A stretch of 10,957 nucleotides of DNA from Candidatus Izemoplasmatales bacterium (lineage in GTDB: Bacteria > Bacillota_I > Bacilli_A > Izemoplasmatales > Hujiaoplasmataceae), in contig JBFXGX010000041.1 in assembly GCA_050177605.1 (NCBI GenBank), forward strand, positions 1-10,957. Direction: 5' to 3'. The notes under the pieces are model-generated. The model saw only the letters and a program-made list of their open reading frames with translations, was not told the DNA's origin and made no database searches. Shown here piece by piece: positions 1 through 7,695 of this stretch; position 1 is the first letter of the stretch, and every line of letters starts with the position of its first letter. A program made the position numbers and the translations under genes.

Positions 1-1689
1 GGTATCGCGATAGCGAAAGCTTATTTATATGAGGTTAAGCCACTCATTATCCCAGATCATCAGGTAGTTCAACCTGAAGTTGAAAAAGCTGAGTTCGAAA
101 AAGCCATTGATAAAACGGTAAAAGATCTTGAACGAATCAGAGTGAAAATTGCTGAGGAAATTGATGAAGAGCACGCAATGATTTTCGATGCGCATATTCA
201 AATTGCTGTAGACCCTGAAATCAAGGCACAAGCCTTTGGGCTTGTCGATTCTTCTTCAATGAATATAGCAAAAGCCTATCTACAAGTGACGGATATGTTC
301 ATTGATTTATTCAAACAAATGGATGATGCTTATTTTAAAGAAAGAGCTTTGGATATTGAAGATGTACGTAAAAGAGTACTACATCACTTCTTAAATGTTC
401 CACTTCCTAGTCTTTCCGATATTGATCATGAAGTGATTGTGGTCGCCAATGACCTCACGCCTAGTGATACATCTTCTTTAAATAAAAAATATGTAAAAGG
501 CTTTGTGACAAATGTTGGAGGAAGAACTTCGCATAGTGCGATTATGGCTAGAAGTCTGGAAATCCCAGCTGTTGTTGGAACGAAAAACATCTTGGAAACA
601 GCGAAAAACGATGAATTGTTAATTCTCGATGGAAACGCAGGTACTGTTCTATTAAGTCCTACCGACGAAGACGTAAAACAAGCCGAAAAACAAAAACAAG
701 TTTTTGATGAGAATCAAAAACTATTACACCGTTATCAAAACAAATCAACCATGACTAAAGATGAAGTACATGTTGAACTTGCTGCGAATATTGGTAGCCC
801 AAATGACTTAGAACTTGTACTGAAAAATGGTGCAGAAGGAATTGGACTCTATCGTACTGAATTTTTATATATGTCCACATCCACCATGCCTTCTGAAGAT
901 GAACAGTTTGAAGCTTACAAAGTTGTTCTTGAAAAGATGGAAGGCAAGAAAGTTGTGATTAGAACTTTAGATATCGGTGGAGATAAAAAACTTGATTACT
1001 TACCTATCCCACACGAAGATAATCCATTCTTAGGCCATCGTGCAATTAGATTATGTTTAGATCGAACAGATATCTTTAAAACACAGTTACGCGCTTTATT
1101 AAGGGCGAGTGTATACGGTGATTTACATATTATGTTTCCGATGATAGCGACGATTCGAGAACTAGATGATGCAGTGTCTATCCTTCATGAATGTCGAAAG
1201 GAATTAATCAGTGAAAGTAAACAAGTGGCTGATGTTAAAGTCGGCATTATGGTTGAAATCCCTGCAGCTGCCATCCTTGCAGATAAGTTTGCTAAAAAAG
1301 TCGATTTCTTCTCAATTGGCACAAATGACTTAATTCAATATACTTTTGCCGCTGACAGAATGAACGAAAAAGTGTCTTACTTATATCAACCCTACAACCC
1401 TTCGTTACTACGATTGATAAAAATGGTCATTGACGCATCACACAAAGCTGGAATTTGGACAGGAATGTGTGGCGAAATGGCTGGAGATCAAACAGCAGCT
1501 CCATTGTTGCTTGGACTAGGTTTAGATGAATTTAGTATGTCAGCTTCTAGCATTCTCCAAACAAGACACTTATTAGCCCATATTACAAAAGATGAAATGA
1601 GATCGCTCGCAGAACAATGTTTATATCTTTCAACTTATGAAGAAGTTCGTGATGCGGTTAACGAAAAACTAAAAGGAGTAAAATTATGA
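1..1689 (+). CDS. ptsI: Phosphoenolpyruvate-protein phosphotransferase (PTS Enzyme I), 5'-truncated by the window edge
   Basis: Frame 1 is open from base 1 (GIAIAKAYLYEVKP...), matching the typical EI N-terminus, so the track start at 142 is internal. Motifs: phospho-His GGRTSHSAIMARSL, GIGLYRTEFLYM, IRTLDIGGDK, SIGTNDLIQY and catalytic Cys GMCGEMA. TGA stop at 1687-1689. Confidence 0.98.
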   Translation, partial: GIAIAKAYLYEVKPLIIPDHQVVQPEVEKAEFEKAIDKTVKDLERIRVKIAEEIDEEHAMIFDAHIQIAVDPEIKAQAFGLVDSSSMNIAKAYLQVTDMFIDLFKQMDDAYFKERALDIEDVRKRVLHHFLNVPLPSLSDIDHEVIVVANDLTPSDTSSLNKKYVKGFVTNVGGRTSHSAIMARSLEIPAVVGTKNILETAKNDELLILDGNAGTVLLSPTDEDVKQAEKQKQVFDENQKLLHRYQNKSTMTKDEVHVELAANIGSPNDLELVLKNGAEGIGLYRTEFLYMSTSTMPSEDEQFEAYKVVLEKMEGKKVVIRTLDIGGDKKLDYLPIPHEDNPFLGHRAIRLCLDRTDIFKTQLRALLRASVYGDLHIMFPMIATIRELDDAVSILHECRKELISESKQVADVKVGIMVEIPAAAILADKFAKKVDFFSIGTNDLIQYTFAADRMNEKVSYLYQPYNPSLLRLIKMVIDASHKAGIWTGMCGEMAGDQTAAPLLLGLGLDEFSMSASSILQTRHLLAHITKDEMRSLAEQCLYLSTYEEVRDAVNEKLKGVKL

Positions 1690-1946
1690 TTAAAGAATTT
1701 ACCATCATTGATGAAGCTGGTCTTCATGCAAGACCTGCAAGTTTACTTTCCCAACAAGCAACTAAATTTCCAAATGACATTTTCATCGAATATAGTGGAA
1801 GAAAAATGACACTAAAGAGTATATTAATTGTAATGAGTTTAGGAATTCCTCAGGGAGCCACAATCAAGTTACATGTAGAAGGCGAAAATGACACCAACAT
1901 CATGGCGGCCTTAGAAAAAATACTTGTCGATCATCAATTAGTTTAA
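1686..1946 (+). CDS. ptsH: Phosphocarrier protein HPr
   Basis: 86 aa with GLHARPA (phospho-His) and LKSILIVMSLG (Ser46-equivalent). RBS AAGGAG at about 1673-1678. ATGA overlap with the ptsI stop. Confidence 0.97.
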   Translation: MIKEFTIIDEAGLHARPASLLSQQATKFPNDIFIEYSGRKMTLKSILIVMSLGIPQGATIKLHVEGENDTNIMAALEKILVDHQLV

Positions 1947-1955
1947 TCCAAAAAG

Positions 1956-1985
1956 AAAAGACATCAAGCGATGTCTTTTTTCTTT
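1956..1985. terminator. Bidirectional intrinsic terminator between ptsH and the M28 peptidase
   Basis: Stem AAAAGACATC (1956-1965), loop AAGC, stem GATGTCTTTT (1970-1979), with A/T tracts on both sides, between convergent genes. Confidence 0.8.
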
Positions 1986-3148
1986 ATATATTCGATGTAA
2001 ATAGTAATTAATGCCTCTACTGCTTCTTTTTCTACCGCGTCGAGTGTGTCCTTCGGCGTATGGTACACATTGGCTCTAGCACTATTACTCCAAGGCATGG
2101 CCATCAGCGTTGTTGCCTTTACACCTTTTTTTGCTAGTTCGCCAGCATCAGTTCCTCCAGTAAGGAAAGCAATAGGCTTATGAATAGCTTGAATTTGATT
2201 ATCTTTTGCGACAGTTACTAATTCTTCTGCGAGTTCAGTACTTAGTTCTACTGATGTGTTAATGTCGCTCGTAAGGAAAAATAAGTCTTTTAAGTAGTAT
2301 GGACAATCACTATTTAATAATGTTGTTGGAATTTTCTTAAATTCGTCTTCATGGGCTGAAGCATATGCTCTAGCACCTCGTAATCCTTCTTCTTCAGCAT
2401 CAAAACTAACAACGACAACTCTTGTGTTTTTTAATCTGTTTTGACTAAAATAGGATCCAATTTCTACTGCTGCAGTCGATGCAATTAAATTGTCTCCCGC
2501 ACCAGGAGTTCCTTTTTTAGATGCGAAGAACCACATTTGACCAGTTAATAAAAATCCTAAAGAAAGAATGATATTGATTGTAATTGTTAATACAGAAACA
2601 TGTACAAATACTTCAAAAAGAGATAACACTAACATTAAAACAATGAGAGAAATTCCACCTGTTACTCTTAAATTGTATAAAGATGGTTGATGGATTAAGA
2701 AATTAAAAACTCTAGCACTATCATGATGTCCACTGACAATAATCTGTCTTTTTACTTCCTCTGTAGGTTCGATTGTCGCAACAACATTTTGTCCTTCTTT
2801 TTTTGGATATAGTCTATCAATCATCGGTTTATAAAAGAAGAATTGAAAGACTAAAATAGATAAACTCAGCACTGTTAACAAGGCAGATATGAGTGGGTAT
2901 CCAACCCATAAAAAAATTACTCCTAAAGCATAACAAGATACTAATATTCGAATCCAACCTAGAAATGCTCCCTGATATACTGAAAACTTTTCAATGGTTG
3001 CTTGATTAGAAAAAGAACTTAACTTGTCTTTAATCAACGTTGCAGCAACTCTGCTTTCGTTTGTTCCTGCGAGTCTTGGACCAGTTTTTTGAATGATTTC
3101 CTCTGCAAATTGAAAAGCACCATTCACTTCTTTTTGATATTTTTTCAT
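1964..3148 (-). CDS. M28-family Zn-metallopeptidase with inserted transmembrane helices (394 aa)
   Basis: Clan MH metal-ligand motifs in order: SGHHDS, GAGDN, DAEEEGL, LNSD, GGTDAGE, YHTPKDT. Start moved from 3169 to the ATG at 3148 (MKKYQ...) because RBS AGAGGTG precedes it. Two long hydrophobic stretches. Confidence 0.88.
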   Translation of the reverse strand: MKKYQKEVNGAFQFAEEIIQKTGPRLAGTNESRVAATLIKDKLSSFSNQATIEKFSVYQGAFLGWIRILVSCYALGVIFLWVGYPLISALLTVLSLSILVFQFFFYKPMIDRLYPKKEGQNVVATIEPTEEVKRQIIVSGHHDSARVFNFLIHQPSLYNLRVTGGISLIVLMLVLSLFEVFVHVSVLTITINIILSLGFLLTGQMWFFASKKGTPGAGDNLIASTAAVEIGSYFSQNRLKNTRVVVVSFDAEEEGLRGARAYASAHEDEFKKIPTTLLNSDCPYYLKDLFFLTSDINTSVELSTELAEELVTVAKDNQIQAIHKPIAFLTGGTDAGELAKKGVKATTLMAMPWSNSARANVYHTPKDTLDAVEKEAVEALITIYIEYIKKKDIA

Positions 3149-3171
3149 TTTTACACACCTCTTTAACAATC

Positions 3172-3201
3172 ATTATATCAAAACCATTGATTTTCTTTCA
3201 A
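3172..3201 (-). promoter_or_regulatory. Sigma-A-type promoter for the M28 peptidase
   Basis: Minus strand TTGAAA (3196-3201), 18-bp spacer, TATAAT (3172-3177) with TG extension (TGATATAAT). Confidence 0.65.
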
Positions 3202-3224
3202 TCATTTTATGAAATCTGAAAATA

Positions 3225-3233
3225 TGATATAAT
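3225..3233 (+). promoter_or_regulatory. Extended -10 promoter for the DUF2161-like gene
   Basis: TGATATAAT at 3225-3233, then GGTGA RBS (3241-3245) and ATG at 3250. Confidence 0.6.
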
Positions 3234-3249
3234 CAATCATGGTGATTCT

Positions 3250-3918
3250 ATGAAAGAAATTGAACTGTATTTACCAATCAAAACCTTCCTTGAAAAAGAC
3301 GGATATATCGTCAAAGGCGAAATCCATGAAATTGATATTTTTGGAATGAAGGATGGAAAGACCATTGCGGTAGAACTCAAAACAGGAGTCTCATTGAAAT
3401 TGATCTATCAAGGAGTGGAAAGACAAAAAATCGCTGACATTGTTTATTTGGCAATACCACTCTCAGCCAAAAAAGCACATTCAGATAATTATCGACATTT
3501 TTTAACACTACTTCGACGTTTACAACTCGGATTAATGATTGTGAGTAATAATGAGGTAAAGATTGAACTAGATCCAGTTCAAAATGATAAGGCTAGACGG
3601 ACATCCAAAAAGAAAAAAGCTGTAATGAAAGAGATGACACTTCGAGAAAATGATTTAAACGAAGGAGGTACCAAAGGAAAAAAGATGACCTACTACAAAG
3701 AAAAGGCTTTGAAAATTGCGTCTTTCTTGATTGATTATCCTCTGTCTTCTCCCAAGCAAATCAAGGAAGCAACGCAACTATCAGACGTCTCTTCAATTCT
3801 CCTTAAAAACTATTATCAATGGTTTAGTCACCCTGAAAAAGGAGTTTATTTAGTGAATGAACAATATAAGAACGAGATAATCGAACTCATTCTCCAGCAA
3901 ATCATTCACCAAAAATAA
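3250..3918 (+). CDS. DUF2161-like putative PD-(D/E)XK nuclease/phosphodiesterase
   Basis: N-terminus E.ELY.PIK.FLE..GY.VKGE...DI........AVELK and the later motifs Q..ERQ...D.VYLAIP, GG...KKMT.Y...AL and NYY.WF....GVY match my recollection of DUF2161. The D...ExK triad is present (D29, E42-L-K44). The C-terminus looks like a winged helix. Confidence 0.82.
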   Translation: MKEIELYLPIKTFLEKDGYIVKGEIHEIDIFGMKDGKTIAVELKTGVSLKLIYQGVERQKIADIVYLAIPLSAKKAHSDNYRHFLTLLRRLQLGLMIVSNNEVKIELDPVQNDKARRTSKKKKAVMKEMTLRENDLNEGGTKGKKMTYYKEKALKIASFLIDYPLSSPKQIKEATQLSDVSSILLKNYYQWFSHPEKGVYLVNEQYKNEIIELILQQIIHQK

Positions 3919-3939
3919 TTCATGTATATTAAATATTTA

Positions 3940-3948
3940 TGGTATAAT
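3940..3948 (+). promoter_or_regulatory. Extended -10 promoter for the 152-aa membrane protein gene
   Basis: TGGTATAAT at 3940-3948, followed by RBS GAAGGGGT (3956-3963) and TTG at 3971. Confidence 0.6.
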
Positions 3949-3970
3949 AACTTGTGAAGGGGTTGATACT

Positions 3971-4429
3971 TTGGCAAGAATAAGACAGTTAATCAGACAA
4001 AGAATATTTCGCTCTGCTTTGTATTTTCTTTATTATGTACCATTTATCGCTTTAGGAATCTACTTTTCCGTTATTGGTACGTTATATTTCTTAATTTTTG
4101 TAGCTCTTTTACTCGTAATAATGTATTTTTCTCTCGGAAAAGGTTATATCGATTTAATCAAGACTTTGATGCCTATATATAGAGCGAGTAAATATAACTA
4201 TGATAAAATGTTAGTTCTGATTCAATCAGAACTAGAAGATTACAGAAGCATGTCAAATAATGGACCACTTTATACGAATTTACACACGCCGATTATGGAC
4301 TCAAAAACTCGCGGTGTTTATTTTAGTAATATGGCATCCATTGATCGTGACAAATTACTAGCTCTCTATTTAAAACTAGAAGAGATTGCTTTAAGAAATA
4401 AACCTACAAATGAGGAAATTAATCCATAA
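3971..4429 (+). CDS. Hypothetical membrane protein (2 N-terminal TM helices, soluble C-terminal domain)
   Basis: 152-aa ORF with an RBS, a promoter and a downstream terminator. Arg-rich N-terminus, then hydrophobic residues ~16-55. No family recognised. Confidence 0.75.
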   Translation: MARIRQLIRQRIFRSALYFLYYVPFIALGIYFSVIGTLYFLIFVALLLVIMYFSLGKGYIDLIKTLMPIYRASKYNYDKMLVLIQSELEDYRSMSNNGPLYTNLHTPIMDSKTRGVYFSNMASIDRDKLLALYLKLEEIALRNKPTNEEINP

Positions 4430-4460
4430 GCATTAATTGGATGATTAAAATATGATTTTT

Positions 4461-4494
4461 AAAAAAGGCTCTGTAAAATGAGCCTTTTATTTTT
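4461..4494. terminator. Bidirectional intrinsic terminator
   Basis: AAAAGGCTC (4463-4471), loop TGTAAAAT, GAGCCTTTT (4480-4488), flanked by A and T tracts between convergent genes. Confidence 0.85.
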
Positions 4495-4515
4495 ATTATG
4501 TATTGATAAAAAGAA

Positions 4516-5202
4516 CTAATCCTCAGCTTCTCTTTCCTCTTCCATAATATAGGATATATATTTTTCTGATGGAATACATCTTTCTACAATATTCGTCATT
4601 CCATTTTCTTTTAAACTCTTTAATAATTCATCACTAAAAAAAACAAAGCTTGGTGAATCATATGTAATAAAAAAGTCTAAGTCATCGTTTTTATTTTCAA
4701 GAAAAATTCTGTCGAATGACATGTATGAATATCCATCAGGATTGCATACGGGACATTTCTTTCTCGTCTTCTTTGTCCTAGGAGGTTTTAATCCTGATTT
4801 CTTTCTAGAAAGAATCGCTGTTGAATATTCTGGTTCAATCAAATACAGATTTGCCCCTTCAATTTCCTTCCCGCGGTAAAAAGCGATATCTAGTTTCACA
4901 AATGACTTCAACCCTTTAAATTGTTTCATAATCTCTAGCGCTCTTTCACTTACTATCAATACGTACTTAATGTCTGAATCATTGATTGTGAAATCTCCAA
5001 TATTGAGATTATCAAATTGCATAACTTGAAGTCCTACACTGTCTCTTACATATGTAGTAAAATGACAGTGTGGACATTGAAAATCAATAGATTTTGAATC
5101 TATAATTTTATGATATGACATTACTTTGTCTGTCACTTGAATCTCCGCAAAATATTTCCCGCGAGAATCCTTTAATCTTGCGAATGTTAAAATATTGTAC
5201 AT
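4516..5202 (-). CDS. Hypothetical double-CxxC protein, resembling Imm11/double-CXXCG immunity proteins
   Basis: 228 aa with a strong RBS AGGAGGG (5207-5213, minus strand). Contains CPHC (43-46), CPVC (150-153), and repeated LIVSER and VFFSDELLKSLKENGMTN motifs. The CDS is well supported; the family assignment is tentative. Confidence 0.7.
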   Translation of the reverse strand: MYNILTFARLKDSRGKYFAEIQVTDKVMSYHKIIDSKSIDFQCPHCHFTTYVRDSVGLQVMQFDNLNIGDFTINDSDIKYVLIVSERALEIMKQFKGLKSFVKLDIAFYRGKEIEGANLYLIEPEYSTAILSRKKSGLKPPRTKKTRKKCPVCNPDGYSYMSFDRIFLENKNDDLDFFITYDSPSFVFFSDELLKSLKENGMTNIVERCIPSEKYISYIMEEEREAED

Positions 5203-5274
5203 AAATCCCTCCTGATGAATTATAACTTCATTCTATTTCCGAAAAGTCATTATAAATGAATCCGCACATCATAA

Positions 5275-5283
5275 ATTATAGCA
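5275..5283 (-). promoter_or_regulatory. Candidate extended -10 promoter for the double-CxxC gene
   Basis: TGCTATAAT on the minus strand. Two further TATAAT boxes at 5249-5254 and 5219-5224 make the assignment ambiguous. Confidence 0.45.
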
Positions 5284-5385
5284 TTAGTTGAGTTAATAAA
5301 ATAGTGAAATAGTGAAATCAATATCAACTTTAACCATATGTAACTTAATCGTATTTACATATATTATGAAAGATAATAATGATTC

Positions 5386-5413
5386 GTGACATTTCCATAA
5401 AAAATGATATAAT
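5386..5413 (+). promoter_or_regulatory. Sigma-A-type promoter for the MATE gene
   Basis: GTGACA (5386-5391), 16-bp spacer, TATAAT (5408-5413) with TG extension. RBS AGGTGGTG follows. Confidence 0.65.
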
Positions 5414-5435
5414 ACTTTCGTTAGGTGGTGATAGG

Positions 5436-6761
5436 ATGGAAAAATTGGAAAAAAATATCTATAAATTAACATGGCCAATTTTTATTGAATTACTATTTTT
5501 TACATTACTCGGAACCGTGGACACCATCATGTTATCACATTATAGCGATACTGCTGTAGGTAGTGTTGGCATATCCAATCAGATCCTCTTTTTATTCGGT
5601 ATATTGGTCAATATATTAGCGATGGGAATCGGTGTTGTGTCAGCTCAGTATCTCGGTGCTAAAAAAGTTGAAGAAGCCAAAGAAAGCATCGTTACTGGAA
5701 TTATAGGTAATTTAATTGTCGGAATTATTCTTTCCTTAATTGTGGTGATATTCGCTAGATTCTTTTTAATACTCATTGATACAGATCCGATTTTTTTAGA
5801 GGATTCCATCACTTATCTTAAAATCGTAGGATTCTCAATCATATTTATTTCTTTACGTGTTGCATTAAGTACAGCCTTTCGCTCCTTTAGTAAACCGAAA
5901 GTCGTGATGAATATTATGATTGTCGGTAACATAACGAATATTATTGTCAATGCAATCCTCATTTATGGATTATTCGGTGCTCCTTCACTAGGTGTAGAAG
6001 GCGCAGCTATTGGCACACTCAGTGCTAGAATTGTAATGGTTATATTATTGATAATCTACACCTACAAGAAACTAGATATTCAGTTACACAAGGTTCAAAT
6101 GCATCTAGAACACTTAAAAAAAATTCTTTGGGTTGGGGTTCCAAGTGCTGCAGAAAACTTTATGTGGAATATCGCACAAGTAATTATTGTATATATTGTG
6201 AATAATATCGGACCTGATGCAATCATCGCTAGAACGTACATCTTAACGTTGCTATCATATATTTACATCTTTAGCTTATCTGTCGCGAATGGAAATGCGA
6301 TCATTGTAGGTTATTATATTGGAGAAAAAAACCCAGATGCTGCCTACAAACATACACTCAAAGCACTAAAAATTGCATTTAGTTTAGTATTTACTGTCAC
6401 TGTTTTATTAAACATTTTCGCACGACCAATTATCGGTTTATTCACAGACAATGAAACCATCATTACCATGGCGAGAAACGTCCTTTATTTCGCTGTAATT
6501 ATCGAACTAGGTCGTTCGATGAATCTTGTATTCATTCAAGCATTGCGTTCTGTAGGTGATACAGTTTTTCCTGTTATTATGGCAGTTTTATCGATGTTTG
6601 GTATTCTTGTCGCTTTAAGTTATGTATTAGGGCTTAAACTTGGTATTGGTATTGTTGGTGTTTTTATGGCATCGATGTTTGATGAAAATATTCGAGGATT
6701 AGCGATGTGGACAAGATGGCACAGAAGGAAATGGTATCAAATAAATCTGATTAATGAATAG
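5436..6761 (+). CDS. MATE-family efflux transporter (441 aa)
   Basis: About 12 hydrophobic segments in two repeats. MATE motifs: L.WPIFIE...L...VDT.MLS, AQYLGAK, LIYGLFG.P.LGV.GAA.GT, LRSVGD..FP. Start moved from 5379 to ATG 5436 (MEKLEK), which follows the RBS; the longer start lies upstream of the promoter. Confidence 0.93.
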   Translation: MEKLEKNIYKLTWPIFIELLFFTLLGTVDTIMLSHYSDTAVGSVGISNQILFLFGILVNILAMGIGVVSAQYLGAKKVEEAKESIVTGIIGNLIVGIILSLIVVIFARFFLILIDTDPIFLEDSITYLKIVGFSIIFISLRVALSTAFRSFSKPKVVMNIMIVGNITNIIVNAILIYGLFGAPSLGVEGAAIGTLSARIVMVILLIIYTYKKLDIQLHKVQMHLEHLKKILWVGVPSAAENFMWNIAQVIIVYIVNNIGPDAIIARTYILTLLSYIYIFSLSVANGNAIIVGYYIGEKNPDAAYKHTLKALKIAFSLVFTVTVLLNIFARPIIGLFTDNETIITMARNVLYFAVIIELGRSMNLVFIQALRSVGDTVFPVIMAVLSMFGILVALSYVLGLKLGIGIVGVFMASMFDENIRGLAMWTRWHRRKWYQINLINE

Positions 6762-6799
6762 AAAAGCCAGTCAAACTTGACTGGCTTTATTTCTTTTTT
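6762..6799. terminator. Bidirectional intrinsic terminator between MATE and xerC
   Basis: Perfect 11-bp stem AAAGCCAGTCA (6763-6773), loop AACT, TGACTGGCTTT (6778-6788), filling the gap between the convergent stop codons. Confidence 0.88.
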
Positions 6800-7695
6800 G
6801 CTCTAGGATGTGCGCTTTGATAAATTTCTTTTAGTTTTTCTTTTGATACTTTAGTATAAATTTGAGTCGTGGATAAACTAACATGCCCTAATAATTCTTG
6901 AACCGTTCTTAAACCAACGCCATGATCTAGTAAATGAGTAGCGAAGGAATGTCTAAACGCATGCGGTGTCATACTTAAAGTAGAAGCCTGTTTTTTTAGT
7001 TCTTCAGTTAAGATATCTCTCACGCCACGTTGTGTGAGTGGTGTCCCATGAAAATTTAAGAAGAGGAAATGTTCATCTATCTTATCTGTTCTGGACAAAA
7101 ACACACTTCTTGTTTCATTCAAGTAAACTTTGATCCTTGATAATGCTAGGTCATGAACAGGAACAACCCGATCTTTAGATCCTTTTCCATGAACTAAAAT
7201 TGTTTTTGAAATATAATCGATGTCCCTTAGTTTCATTGAACAAAGTTCGCTAACACGAAGTCCACATCCATAAAGTAATTCAAAAATACAGATATCTCGC
7301 TTTCCTTTTAATGAAATGGTATCAATATGTGACAGAAAATCATTCATCTCATTTTCATATATAAATTTAGGGAGTTTCTTTGCCTCTTTTGGTAAAATTG
7401 CATTTTGAAATGGGTTAGAATCAACTAAATTCTCAGAAACCAAAAAATCGTAAAAAGATTTAACACTACTAATCTTTCTTCTTATTGAAGTTGGTGAATA
7501 TTTTCCATGTAAATAACTGATATAGAATCTTGAAGTTCTTTCTGATACTCTCGATAAGTTTCCTAATTCCTCTTGATCAAGAAAATTGACTAAAGATTGA
7601 ATGTCGTTAAGATAAGCCATGACAGTATTATTCGAATAATTTCTTAGAGAAGATAAATATTGCTCGTATTTAAAAATCAAATCATCGTTATTCAC
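6787..7695 (-). CDS. xerC: Tyrosine recombinase XerC (CodV-like)
   Basis: N-terminal SAM-like domain (RNYS.NT..AY..D) and the full catalytic set: GLRVSE (R), GKGSKDR (K), HAFRHSFATH (HxxR), QELLGH (H), TTQIYT (Y). C-terminal HPRA. GTG start overlaps the trmFO end by 8 nt, matching conserved Bacillota trmFO-xerC synteny. Confidence 0.9.
   Translation of the reverse strand: MNNDDLIFKYEQYLSSLRNYSNNTVMAYLNDIQSLVNFLDQEELGNLSRVSERTSRFYISYLHGKYSPTSIRRKISSVKSFYDFLVSENLVDSNPFQNAILPKEAKKLPKFIYENEMNDFLSHIDTISLKGKRDICIFELLYGCGLRVSELCSMKLRDIDYISKTILVHGKGSKDRVVPVHDLALSRIKVYLNETRSVFLSRTDKIDEHFLFLNFHGTPLTQRGVRDILTEELKKQASTLSMTPHAFRHSFATHLLDHGVGLRTVQELLGHVSLSTTQIYTKVSKEKLKEIYQSAHPRAKKK

Noticed and set aside
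25..231. 68-aa minus-strand ORF
   Set aside because: Antisense shadow of the ptsI frame, which is open from base 1; no recognisable motif.
1687..1966. Possible genetic code 4 (TGA = Trp)
   Set aside because: TGA ends ptsI and the peptidase at expected lengths, and all long genes translate intact under code 11.
5228..5272. Mini-ORF MMCGFIYNDFSEIE on the minus strand (possible leader peptide)
   Set aside because: No RBS, the first ATG is only 2 nt from the -10 box, there is no attenuator, and this length is expected by chance.
5299..5318. Tandem repeat AAATAGTG x2.5
   Set aside because: Too short and low-complexity to support a function; not a CRISPR array or iteron set.
5347..5374. dif-like sequence (..CATATA-TTATGAAAGAT) near xerC
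   Set aside because: Only the spacer and right arm loosely resemble Bacillota dif; the left arm does not match and the region is very AT-rich.
5293..5478. 61-aa minus-strand ORF, considered as a possible toxin remnant upstream of the CxxC gene
   Set aside because: Overlaps the MATE promoter and start antisense, with no toxin motif and no clear RBS.
6787..7695. Tyrosine recombinase as a prophage, ICE or integron integrase
   Set aside because: Coupled to trmFO, XerC-typical length and HPRA tail, and no att sites, cassettes or mobility genes.
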